From a virus (taxonomy: Duplodnaviria; Caudoviricetes): a stretch of DNA of 64,000 bases. Position numbers and translations under genes: made by a program. The notes under the pieces were generated by a model. It saw nothing but the letters and a program-made list of their open reading frames with translations. It was not told the DNA's origin and did no database searches. Of this stretch, positions 17,693-26,142 are shown one piece after another (the first letter of the stretch is position 1; the number at the start of each line of letters is the position of its first letter). The stretch spans positions 32,001-96,000 of IMG/VR virus record IMGVR_UViG_3300050156_000143; one strand, given 5' to 3'.

Positions 17693-17957
17693 TTCGATCC
17701 TCATAGTAATGGGCGATTTCGTCTTCCCAAAGCCAAAACTGTTCACCTGTGTAGTCCACTGAAACGACCCCAATACCATATTGTGGGCATGGATACATGA
17801 TGTCTGTCAATTCCACATATGGTTGCTGAACTAGCCAATCGAATATACGTTGGTAATCAGGTTCTCTCAGTTTCGGAACGCTTGGTTCACGTACAACAAT
17901 TTTGTCCCCCACGCAAAAGCCCCGTAGAAGGCCGATTATTTCATCGTGTTCAATCAC
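17685..17957 (-). CDS. Family B SH3/KOW-like paralog (GTG start)
   Basis: IEHDEIIGLLRGFCVGDKI...WLWEDEIAHYYEDRND. Confidence 0.85.
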   Translation of the reverse strand: MIEHDEIIGLLRGFCVGDKIVVREPSVPKLREPDYQRIFDWLVQQPYVELTDIMYPCPQYGIGVVSVDYTGEQFWLWEDEIAHYYEDRND

Positions 17958-18243
17958 GTTGATCTCCAAAATGGTGAGTAATTTCATGTGGATATACCCA
18001 CCACCAGCCAATGTCTTGTGTCCGACATGCAATCGATGGGTATGGGTGCTCTGGTGGCACATCAAGGACATCGGTTATGGTTCCCGTGCGCCCCTCGAAC
18101 CGTCTTAGGCGTTGTTGTCTAATAATTTGTCGAGATTCGACGGCGGGTTCAAATGCGAGTCTCCGTGAGTAATCCAGATGAAATACGACTTCATCCCCAG
18201 CGCAAAAGCCCCTCAATATGCCGATCAACTCATCTTGGTTCAT
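17950..18243 (-). CDS. Family B SH3/KOW-like paralog
   Basis: MNQDELIGILRGFCAGDEV...WVYPHEITHHFGDQRD. Confidence 0.85.
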   Translation of the reverse strand: MNQDELIGILRGFCAGDEVVFHLDYSRRLAFEPAVESRQIIRQQRLRRFEGRTGTITDVLDVPPEHPYPSIACRTQDIGWWWVYPHEITHHFGDQRD

Positions 18244-18536
18244 GATAGGGTAGAAGATTTAACGAACAAATTTAGATCGGCAGCGGTAGCGAATTCCAAT
18301 GAAAGTTCATGGACAAAAACACAACAGTTGCCATCCCTTAAATCTTGAAACACTTCAACCCGCATGCAACTAACCGTGAAAGGAACGCTAAAGACACATG
18401 CGTGCATGGTGTTATCAATGTACCCACGTATTTGCGCCAAATCGTATTGGAATGAATTTCCATCCACAAAAAATCGCGGAATTAATTCAAACCGATCTAG
18501 CAATTCATCCGCAGTGAAAGTAATCGTGCGTGTCAT
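18240..18536 (-). CDS. Family A-like small protein
   Basis: Ends LEFATAADLNLFVKSSTLS. Confidence 0.6.
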   Translation of the reverse strand: MTRTITFTADELLDRFELIPRFFVDGNSFQYDLAQIRGYIDNTMHACVFSVPFTVSCMRVEVFQDLRDGNCCVFVHELSLEFATAADLNLFVKSSTLS

Positions 18537-18745
18537 TCCGGGAAATAGTGTTTACAATAATTGATATGAGTGACAATCACGATGTCGGCCCACGCTGGCG
18601 AGTCCAAAATAATTGACACGTTTTCCCCATCAGATTCGACAACGGTTCCTGCATATTTTTCACCACAGTAGTCATACATGATGGGATCACCTTCGTCAAA
18701 TGGTGTGCCATCGATCAGTAAACTTGCTAACTTATTTTCATTCAT
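18533..18745 (-). CDS. Family B SH3/KOW-like paralog
   Basis: MNENKLASLLIDGTPFDEGDPI..GTVV..KHYFPE. Confidence 0.8.
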   Translation of the reverse strand: MNENKLASLLIDGTPFDEGDPIMYDYCGEKYAGTVVESDGENVSIILDSPAWADIVIVTHINYCKHYFPE

Positions 18746-19023
18746 GATGCACCTTGATCAAAAAAGTATTCCAAATCGTTGCGTGTATACCATAAACACA
18801 ACTTCTGATAAGTTAGTTTGGAATCAAATACGATCTGAATTTCCATGCCTCTTACGATAGCAGCTACCGTTCCGACTAATCCATTCCCATCAAACTGATC
18901 GTCTGCATTCTTGCCAATCGCCATCATTGCCACTGTATCTGGGTCAGCTTTGACCCTTATCCGGTCTCCGATCTCGAACTGTACATCGGATAACAACAGG
19001 TTGGCTAAATCGGTTTCAGTCAT
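18742..19023 (-). CDS. Family B SH3/KOW-like paralog
   Basis: MTETDLANLLLSDVQFEIGDRI...WYTRNDLEYFF. Confidence 0.85.
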   Translation of the reverse strand: MTETDLANLLLSDVQFEIGDRIRVKADPDTVAMMAIGKNADDQFDGNGLVGTVAAIVRGMEIQIVFDSKLTYQKLCLWYTRNDLEYFFDQGAS

Positions 19024-19054
19024 TTTGTTCCTCATAGTAGTGAGTGAGTTCATC
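18983..19054. repeat. Gene-junction repeat, copy of 15518-15589
   Basis: Manual alignment. Confidence 0.9.
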
Positions 19055-19288
19055 TTCAAATGCCCACATTGTTCTAGTCGTAAATCTGACCTGAATTGGC
19101 GCCGATCCGGGAGGTTCCGTGTATATTCTAATCACCACGCAACCCCGTCCATCTAGACTACTGGCTAATTCAGCGTCGTGAATCCCAAATACTCGTCGAT
19201 CTGTTCTCCTGGAAGCATCGAAGTGATAAATTACTTCATCACCAACTTCAAACCCACGTAGTAACGATGCCAAAGAAAGTTCGTCCAT
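19016..19288 (-). CDS. Family B SH3/KOW-like paralog
   Basis: MDELSLASLLRGFEVGDEV...WAFEDELTHYYEEQND. Confidence 0.85.
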   Translation of the reverse strand: MDELSLASLLRGFEVGDEVIYHFDASRRTDRRVFGIHDAELASSLDGRGCVVIRIYTEPPGSAPIQVRFTTRTMWAFEDELTHYYEEQND

Positions 19289-19296
19289 GATGCACC

Positions 19297-19644
19297 TCAC
19301 AGTGAAAACTGTTGTCTAAATGATGATAGCCCATTATCCGAATCAAACTGTAAGACCAATTCTATAATTCGCACAGTTATTTTTGGTTTAATGACATAGC
19401 GGTCACCCTCTGGGGTCACCACTATCCCTGGCACACTAGATTGCTCTATCTCAACTGTATGTTTAACCACGCTCCCGCCGTATTCCGACAATTTAATCGA
19501 CACTGCATCTAGGTAAAATTTGTCGATGTGTGTTCGCATGTTCTCAAGCCCAGACATGTATGTGGTAAACGATGTTGGCGGGCCAAATATTTTAAACAAT
19601 GCCAGACGACGCAATATCATCGTCGATTTTTGGTCAGTTTTCAT
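19297..19644 (-). CDS. Family A-like small protein
   Basis: Ends LQFDSDNGLSSFRQQFSL; start inside upstream TAT-GAA. Confidence 0.6.
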   Translation of the reverse strand: MKTDQKSTMILRRLALFKIFGPPTSFTTYMSGLENMRTHIDKFYLDAVSIKLSEYGGSVVKHTVEIEQSSVPGIVVTPEGDRYVIKPKITVRIIELVLQFDSDNGLSSFRQQFSL

Positions 19645-19873
19645 AATAGTGAGTAATTTCATCGGAAAATACCCACTCACGCAATGTATTGTGCTCAATC
19701 CGGTATCGTGGCTCACTGTCATCACAATCAACGATCCTCCAATAGACACCCGTTAGTGGTAGTGCGTATCGCCACGATATATCGTGGTATTCCCGCATTT
19801 CACCTGGCCACACCGTCACCGTGTCCCCTACGCAAAACCCCCGTAGTAGACCGATCATTTCATCTTGTTCCAC
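19634..19873 (-). CDS. Family B SH3/KOW-like paralog
   Basis: MEQDEMIGLLRGFCVGDTV...WVFSDEITHYYEN. Confidence 0.85.
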   Translation of the reverse strand: MEQDEMIGLLRGFCVGDTVTVWPGEMREYHDISWRYALPLTGVYWRIVDCDDSEPRYRIEHNTLREWVFSDEITHYYEN

Positions 19874-19887
19874 ATCGTTTCCTCGTG

Positions 19888-20178
19888 TTAACTGAATAGT
19901 AGTTCAAACGCAGTTCTCATGGTCGTATCCGCAATAAACACGTAACACCCCATGATGTTCTCATCGGAATGAATAAAAGTCTTTGACCATAACGAAATGC
20001 AGCCCAAATCTATCAAGTATTGTTGAGCCAATAACAGCTTTTCCCATTCGTGTAGTGAATAGCAAAGTTTTATTGTTTGATCCAAGGGCACATCAACGGG
20101 TGAATCCAAAATGAAGTCATCATAAAACCACGGTGGTGCCCACGATGGATGAGGATAAACTTCAACAGTTTTGGTCAC
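19888..20178 (-). CDS. Family A-like small protein
   Basis: Ends VFIADTTMRTAFELLFS, like the 14428 gene. Confidence 0.65.
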   Translation of the reverse strand: MTKTVEVYPHPSWAPPWFYDDFILDSPVDVPLDQTIKLCYSLHEWEKLLLAQQYLIDLGCISLWSKTFIHSDENIMGCYVFIADTTMRTAFELLFS

Positions 20179-20315
20179 ATGCCGTACCTTAAACTTTGGG
20201 ATTTGGTGGCAAATGAGTGAGAGGTTGATTTATTGCCACTTACCATGAGATGATGCGTCGTGCAAGATGCTGGTAATATCAATACTATCAAAATGGCCGC
20301 AAGAATCGGGTTCAA
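20175..20315 (-). CDS. Possible 46-aa lipoprotein-like peptide
   Basis: TTG start overlapping previous stop; MNPILAAILIVLILPASC, lipobox imperfect. Confidence 0.35.
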   Translation of the reverse strand: MNPILAAILIVLILPASCTTHHLMVSGNKSTSHSFATKSQSLRYGM

Positions 20316-21046
20316 GGTGCCTCCATCGTGTTTGCCATCATTCCCGCTCGCATGGCGTCGATCAACGTATTATACGGGGCGGCGTTCTCATATTGAGTTC
20401 CAACACCAATCTGAGGAAACCACGCATTGCGAACGTTTGCCATAAAAGAGTTCACCACCACAAACTTCACCCATTCCTTCAACACTTCATCGCCATCGGC
20501 TGTGGCAATCGCATCCGCAATACTGACCAGCACATTGGTCTCCCACTGGCGAAGTAAGCATTTCAAATAGTCTACCACAGGATCACGTGAATCACGTTGC
20601 CGAATCGACCCAGAGGCACTGCTTAGTTGCGCAATCCCGACAGTATATTCACCAACAGTGAACTCATGATGTTCAACAATGTGATCCCAAACTTGTTGAT
20701 GAATAAGCGCAAAATGTAACCTACCTCGACCCATCTCGGTATTCACAAATAGTTTTCTGTCATGATCCATTTGAAATAAGATGGAAAAATCCATTGACTC
20801 ATTTTGTTCAACCAAGTTTTCACGTGCGTAATTTAGCACCAATGCCGCACCCGACCCCCAGATATTTTCCACCCCGCCGTAACCATCATATTCACCATAA
20901 CACGGTGTTTTTATGGGGATATAATGAGACTCAGGGTAACACAAATCGGTGGTAAATGTGTTTTGCACCATCGCCACAATGACCACAGATTGGCCCTGAA
21001 TGATTGGCAAATGTGAAATAGCGCATGTTTGATTCCAGTACCCCAC
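20312..21046 (-). CDS. Hypothetical protein
   Basis: 244-aa ORF; CAISHLPI, GEYDGYG. Confidence 0.75.
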   Translation of the reverse strand: MGYWNQTCAISHLPIIQGQSVVIVAMVQNTFTTDLCYPESHYIPIKTPCYGEYDGYGGVENIWGSGAALVLNYARENLVEQNESMDFSILFQMDHDRKLFVNTEMGRGRLHFALIHQQVWDHIVEHHEFTVGEYTVGIAQLSSASGSIRQRDSRDPVVDYLKCLLRQWETNVLVSIADAIATADGDEVLKEWVKFVVVNSFMANVRNAWFPQIGVGTQYENAAPYNTLIDAMRAGMMANTMEAP

Positions 21047-21058
21047 AATACCCCCGTG

Positions 21059-21559
21059 TTAAAAACACTGACTAAAATCGACTATTTCACTGTTGCGTGA
21101 CACGTCTTGAACAAAATACACACATTTTGGTTTATGTGAATTCTCGATCGGCACACACAGGTATTGGCCACTTTTCAACTTTGGGCTGCACCAGTCTACA
21201 TCATGATACACGTCGAGTACCTCAATTTCTGGAAAAGATGGTCTAAACCCGGATAATGGATTCAACTCAAATGCCTTGAAACCACGATCATTGATGCTGG
21301 TAAGAGGCAATGCTTCGAGGTCTCCAACTTCAGGGTCTCCAATCAGTATTTGCCAGTTTAGGGGCATTTTGATCACATGAGTACCAATTCTTAGCACCAA
21401 AGCTGGCGCCTTGAACGTCTCCAATAGGATCAACTGTGAAAAAAAGTAATCCACATCTTTGGGGTTACTATTATCCAAAATTGCATATCTAAGGTCGCCC
21501 ACATCATTCGGAACAAAATCTAGACACATGGTCTGATTTTCAATCGTTAGTATATTCAC
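21059..21559 (-). CDS. Hypothetical protein following UvsW
   Basis: 166-aa ORF coupled to uvsW. Confidence 0.8.
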   Translation of the reverse strand: MNILTIENQTMCLDFVPNDVGDLRYAILDNSNPKDVDYFFSQLILLETFKAPALVLRIGTHVIKMPLNWQILIGDPEVGDLEALPLTSINDRGFKAFELNPLSGFRPSFPEIEVLDVYHDVDWCSPKLKSGQYLCVPIENSHKPKCVYFVQDVSRNSEIVDFSQCF

Positions 21560-23028
21560 TTATAATTCACTTTCTCGATATCAAACGGATACTGAGCATT
21601 TTTGTAAAATTCCTTACGTTTGGTAAGGTGGCGTTTAGCAAATTTGCAACTTGAGGTGATATCGTAAATTTGGACAAAGTTCTTGTCTTCTGTTCTACGT
21701 ATTCCTCGGCCTATACTCTGGATAACTCTTACGAACGATTTGCCAGGTTCAATCAAAACCACATTGAAAATTCTCGGGGCGTTGATACCAACCGCTGCTA
21801 CCCCATAAGTCGCTATCGTAATCTGGTTATTGCTGGTGGCGATGGATTCATATTCGTCTTTTCTATCTGCCTGTTTCATCTTGCCACTTACAAAAGTGAC
21901 TTCAGGCTTGTTGTACAAGCTGGTCTCCGATGAGAGCATGATTTGTAACATTTTGCCAGCTTCGATTCTATCCACCAGCACCAGTGTGTTTCCACTGTTT
22001 TTTATGTCCAAAATCTGTTTAGCAATGACCTCCATTCTGGACACATCTTCTACCAAAAATTTCAACTCGGCTTGGTAATTGCCGAATTCTCGCTGGTCTT
22101 GTAATTGCAGTATCTTTACATGGCAATCGGACAATACCTTTTTATCTTGTAGTTGCTTTGCAGTGAGTTTGTTTGTGACCGGGCCAATAGATGTTATCAA
22201 AGATGTGTAATCTATTTTCTCCGGCGGAATCGTCCCCGTTAGCCCCAATCTGATGGGTATCTTTGCCATACAACCACAGAGCATGCTTCTGAGTTTATTG
22301 GCCTTTGCGCTGTGGGTTTCATCCACTATGACACATATTACCCCGTCTAGGAACTCACTATTATCAACTAGCGCGGTTCCCTTGATAATAATGTCAATAC
22401 TCTGCCAGGTGCAAATGACGTGTGTGTGGTTTGCCTCTTTTCTATCCCCGTAGTAAACCCCGACATCGAGTCCAAGGTTTATATAATCGGCCTCGGTCTG
22501 TTCTACTAAACTCTTGTTTGGAACTATGACAATCGATCTGCCATATTGTTGAACCATGAGGCTCACCGCCGCAGTGATCAGGGTTTTGCCAGCAGATGTT
22601 GCCAGTTCTTGAATGCACTGGCGATTGGTTAGAAAGTCGTTTACGGCGGTAACTTGATAGTCTCTGAGCATCACGGGCTTGCCAGCCGCTGGGTGTTTCT
22701 CTGGCCAGACAATGTGTGCAAAAGAATCTTCTCGTATGGGATCAAAGTGCATGTCATGTGAGTAATCACGCAAATCGTCCAATTCAAGTTGGTAATTCCG
22801 TTTCTCCAAAATTGGGATAATTTCAGACAACAAATTGATATAGGTTGTCCCGTTAGCGTTGAAAAACGCTGTTTTGCCGTTCCAGCGTCCAAGTCTCACG
22901 CTGGGCATAAACCTGGCGCTAGGAATTTCATATTCAAATTGTCTTTGCAACAGTGATTTAGTTTGTGGGTCTAATCCTGTAATACGGCAATTTACTTCAT
23001 CTAGTATTTGTATGGTGCAGTTGGGCAT
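21556..23028 (-). CDS. uvsW: UvsW-like SF2 DNA helicase
   Basis: LRDYQ, ATSAGKT, VDETH, GLTGT, QSIGRGIR. Confidence 0.92.
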   Translation of the reverse strand: MPNCTIQILDEVNCRITGLDPQTKSLLQRQFEYEIPSARFMPSVRLGRWNGKTAFFNANGTTYINLLSEIIPILEKRNYQLELDDLRDYSHDMHFDPIREDSFAHIVWPEKHPAAGKPVMLRDYQVTAVNDFLTNRQCIQELATSAGKTLITAAVSLMVQQYGRSIVIVPNKSLVEQTEADYINLGLDVGVYYGDRKEANHTHVICTWQSIDIIIKGTALVDNSEFLDGVICVIVDETHSAKANKLRSMLCGCMAKIPIRLGLTGTIPPEKIDYTSLITSIGPVTNKLTAKQLQDKKVLSDCHVKILQLQDQREFGNYQAELKFLVEDVSRMEVIAKQILDIKNSGNTLVLVDRIEAGKMLQIMLSSETSLYNKPEVTFVSGKMKQADRKDEYESIATSNNQITIATYGVAAVGINAPRIFNVVLIEPGKSFVRVIQSIGRGIRRTEDKNFVQIYDITSSCKFAKRHLTKRKEFYKNAQYPFDIEKVNYK

Positions 23029-23132
23029 GTAGTGAGGAGTTAGCGCTATTATATCATCCGATGATGTATTTAAGCGGTAAGATGCGAGTATACCAGAATA
23101 CTGGTAGAATACTGGTATACAAACTGGGGGAA

Positions 23133-23453
23133 CTATGTCAAATATGTTAGTTGAAAGTGGGTGAGTTCTTCAGCGGAATTAAAATTGATTATCGTGTGAG
23201 TCAATGTGTGCCATGTGATACTTGGGATGTCTGGAAACCGGACTAGAAATCTTTCCACGTTTTGTGGCACAGTGAGTTCACAATGGTAACCCAAAACGGA
23301 AGAAAGGCTATTCGCCACCTTTTCCAACAGTGTTGGCAACATATCCACATAAACATCACTACTAACGCATCTGGTAATCCCAAGTAGGAATGCGTTGGGC
23401 AGCAAGGGATATATGGCAGAGAATGGCACTATGATCGCACAGCTTTCATCCAT
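23133..23453 (-). CDS. Family A-like small protein
   Basis: Ends INFNSAEELTHFQLTYLT; start inside upstream TAT-GGA. Confidence 0.65.
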   Translation of the reverse strand: MDESCAIIVPFSAIYPLLPNAFLLGITRCVSSDVYVDMLPTLLEKVANSLSSVLGYHCELTVPQNVERFLVRFPDIPSITWHTLTHTIINFNSAEELTHFQLTYLT

Positions 23454-23724
23454 AGTAGTGAGCGATTTCATCAGAAAATACCCAGTCATATACACGATCG
23501 TTCAAACTATCTCCACCATTCCAATACACTCTATATGCTGGCTCGGTGGTATCAATCATGTCAATGATCCAATAAACGTGTTCTGCATCATTGGAGTCGC
23601 ATAGGATGTTGCCTGACCATCCAGCATCTGCCCGTTGATTCCTAATAGGGTACAACGTAACTCTAACTTTGTCTCCAACGCAAAAGCCCCGTAGAAGGCT
23701 GATTATTTCATCTTGATCAGACAT
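23446..23724 (-). CDS. Family B SH3/KOW-like paralog
   Basis: MSDQDEIISLLRGFCVGDKV...WVFSDEIAHYYG. Confidence 0.85.
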   Translation of the reverse strand: MSDQDEIISLLRGFCVGDKVRVTLYPIRNQRADAGWSGNILCDSNDAEHVYWIIDMIDTTEPAYRVYWNGGDSLNDRVYDWVFSDEIAHYYG

Positions 23725-23986
23725 CTTGATCTCCATAGTGGTATGCAAGGCGGGCAGATGGAATCCACATTTTAAATGGGGCAGAGTTAAGATTAGTATG
23801 TTGGTTGGAAAATGATATTCTGGCCCATTTTGTGGACTCACGATCGCTAACAACGCCTATCACTGTGCCAATATCACCGACATTGTACAAAAATTCATCC
23901 TGATGAACCGGGGAGCTTACGATGATCACTTTATCACCAGGCTGAAAGTCGCCCCGTAACAAATTTGCCAAAACAATTTCATCCAT
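23717..23986 (-). CDS. Family B SH3/KOW-like paralog
   Basis: MDEIVLANLLRGDFQPGDKV..GDIGTVI..AYHYGDQDV. Confidence 0.85.
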   Translation of the reverse strand: MDEIVLANLLRGDFQPGDKVIIVSSPVHQDEFLYNVGDIGTVIGVVSDRESTKWARISFSNQHTNLNSAPFKMWIPSARLAYHYGDQDV

Positions 23987-23987
23987 A

Positions 23988-24290
23988 TTATTCCCCATAA
24001 TAATAGACCAATTCTTCAGAACATACTGGCATCATGCGGGGTATTGAGCATAGATCGTCTTGCCGTCTAACACACCAAGGTGGCTCTATCCCATCCTCAT
24101 ACTTTTCGATCACCACGCATATTGTCCCTGGTGGATAATCGTCCATCTCGGTTTGCGATCTTTTGTCAGTGAACCTCGGGAGTGATATTTTTCGTTTTGA
24201 TACATCATTTGACAATATTTTCACCAAGTCACCTGGCTGAAAATCACCCAGCAAAAGTGTGGCCACCCGTTCTTCACAAATTTCGTTCAT
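23988..24290 (-). CDS. Family B SH3/KOW-like paralog
   Basis: EERVATLLLGDFQPGDLV...SEELVYYYGE. Confidence 0.8.
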   Translation of the reverse strand: MNEICEERVATLLLGDFQPGDLVKILSNDVSKRKISLPRFTDKRSQTEMDDYPPGTICVVIEKYEDGIEPPWCVRRQDDLCSIPRMMPVCSEELVYYYGE

Positions 24291-24295
24291 GATGA

Positions 24296-24658
24296 TTAAA
24301 AACTGTTGTGAATGGTGTCAAAAGTTTCATTCAATTTGCTTCCCATTTGGGCCGTTCGAGCTGTTTGGGTGGCGACCGTTTTTGTAATTTCCTCTAACAA
24401 TATGACAATATCGGTTAGATCGTCCGCCACTTTTGATTCACAAATTCGTTTGATTGTCGCTTCTAACATATATGTTACGTTGCGTAATTTGGTGGATTGA
24501 TCTTCACCCTTGGCCACAGTCATCAATTCCACACAAAAATCTGTGTGTTCACCATAGTCAATCGATGTGACTACTTCCTCCATATACAACAATTCCTCAA
24601 TTTGCTCAGGCGTTAAAGTCCCATGCAATTTAAAATATTCGGCATTGGTTAATGGCAT
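24296..24658 (-). CDS. Hypothetical helical protein
   Basis: 120-aa ORF. Confidence 0.65.
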   Translation of the reverse strand: MPLTNAEYFKLHGTLTPEQIEELLYMEEVVTSIDYGEHTDFCVELMTVAKGEDQSTKLRNVTYMLEATIKRICESKVADDLTDIVILLEEITKTVATQTARTAQMGSKLNETFDTIHNSF

Positions 24659-25380
24659 TTTGTATTCCTTATTTGATTCAATGCTCGGCGAATGGCACTT
24701 TGATCTTTTACCTCAATCCACCCGTCTTGTTCATATTCCTGCACTTTTGCTTGTGTTGTTTTTCTGCACATATCTGCGTTCACCATATATGCGGGTTTTG
24801 TAGCAATACGTTGGTCAAAAGTCTGTGTCCATTCTGTTAAAGACGGTGCTTGCCGCTTTGGAAACTTTCTGACACAAGATTGGTCGTAATTTGTGAACCA
24901 CACCATTTCATCGGGATGGTTAGTTTTAGAGGCATATCTGTAATTGCCAGTAGACACCAAAACTTCTGCTTCACCTTGGGGCACACTTTGAATTACACCG
25001 TTCACATCGATTATTTTCACTTTGCCCTTGAACCGTGCAGAAGTCGATTCGGCCACTAACAGCCGTGCTCGCTCATACTGTCGAGAGAATTTTGCAGTGC
25101 CTGTGGCTCCACGTAGTAGAACAAATGCACACGCCATTTTGGAACTAGCTTGACCCGACGTGATTTTTGTCAGGATGTAATGACACACAAAATGCTCACG
25201 AGGGGTCAAATCTACCAAATTGTCTTTGGTGTTGTCTCCACCCATTGAGCGGGGGATTATGTGATGCCTCTCGCATTTTCCTGGAGAAGGTCTGTTTTTA
25301 GCATTAGCAATGATCTTCAAGTACCAGTCCAGCAATTTGCCAGGGGCAAACATGGTCAATGCAGTAGTGGATGGATTCAT
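24649..25380 (-). mobile_element. Free-standing HNH homing endonuclease
   Basis: ERHHIIPRSMGGDNTKDNLVDLTPREHFVCH. Confidence 0.85.
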
Positions 25381-25395
25381 GACGCAAAGTATAAC

Positions 25396-25425
25396 GCAAA
25401 ACTGCGACCTAGGTCGCAGTTTTGC
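25396..25425. terminator. Terminator, perfect 30-bp palindrome
   Basis: gcaaaactgcgacctaggtcgcagttttgc. Confidence 0.85.
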
Positions 25426-25451
25426 TCATGGTGGTAACAAGATTCGTTGCA

Positions 25452-26018
25452 TCAAGCCTTCAACGACTTGATGGTGTAAGTCGCCCAAGACCCCGGTGCC
25501 CACACTTTGGTGTACGCTTTGCCCGTCACGATCAATTCGCCGTGGGTTCCAACTTGGACGTCAGTTTTGGATTCAACTTCCAAGCGAATCGGGTAATATG
25601 CGTCGTCGGCAATCGCCGCCGTAGTGAGGGACACGAGAACTTGCATGGGCGTTGTAACCTTGGAATCCATGCTCATCACAGCGTCAAGCTCTGTTTTCAG
25701 CATGATTGTGTCATTGTGGAGGACGGCATGTGCTGTAAGATCAAGTTTGCCCCATTCGCTAGCTTGCTCGCCTTGTGTATACATATATATCCGATCATCG
25801 CCCGGTTCGACCAGCTCAACACCGTCGATCCCCACACAACCAATATATGGCAACGTGGTGTCTAAGATTTCAGTGCCGCGCTTCCACCAGGTCGCGCCAT
25901 TTGCAATCATGATTTGTTGAATTTGCGCAGATTGTGAGGCGCTATCAACACGGACGGTCAGTCCAGGAGTCACCATTGCCATTTTTGCTAGCTCGGACAT
26001 GTTGTTGACGATATTCAT
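25452..26018 (-). CDS. Hypothetical early protein
   Basis: AGGA SD; downstream of sigma70-like promoter. Confidence 0.7.
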   Translation of the reverse strand: MNIVNNMSELAKMAMVTPGLTVRVDSASQSAQIQQIMIANGATWWKRGTEILDTTLPYIGCVGIDGVELVEPGDDRIYMYTQGEQASEWGKLDLTAHAVLHNDTIMLKTELDAVMSMDSKVTTPMQVLVSLTTAAIADDAYYPIRLEVESKTDVQVGTHGELIVTGKAYTKVWAPGSWATYTIKSLKA

Positions 26019-26033
26019 GTTAATTCCTGAAAA

Positions 26034-26094
26034 GTTGTCTGCGTCAGTGCAGTGAATGCAGTGTACAACAATATTCCCAACATTGTCAAAACCC
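26034..26094 (-). promoter_or_regulatory. Sigma70-like early promoter plus conserved leader (37 bp identical to 43626-43662)
   Basis: TTGACA-N18-TACACT then GCATTCACTGCACTGACGCAGACAAC. Confidence 0.75.
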
Positions 26095-26113
26095 ATGTGA
26101 AACGGTCGGAAAT

Positions 26114-26137
26114 AAAAAAGCCACCCGAAGGTGGCTT
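26114..26137 (-). terminator. Intrinsic terminator with UUCG loop
   Basis: aagccacc-TTCG-ggtggctttttt on - strand. Confidence 0.85.
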
Positions 26138-26142
26138 CAACA

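Noticed and set aside
14708-19873. CRISPR array or integron/shufflon
   Set aside because: Repeats are coding, degenerate and all direct, with 200-300 bp ORF-bearing units; no cas, integrase or invertase gene in the window.
14708-24290. Diversity-generating retroelement as the source of family B variation
   Set aside because: No reverse transcriptase in the window; the three differences between the closest repeats (G/A, G/T, T/C on the coding strand) are not adenine-specific; variation includes length changes.
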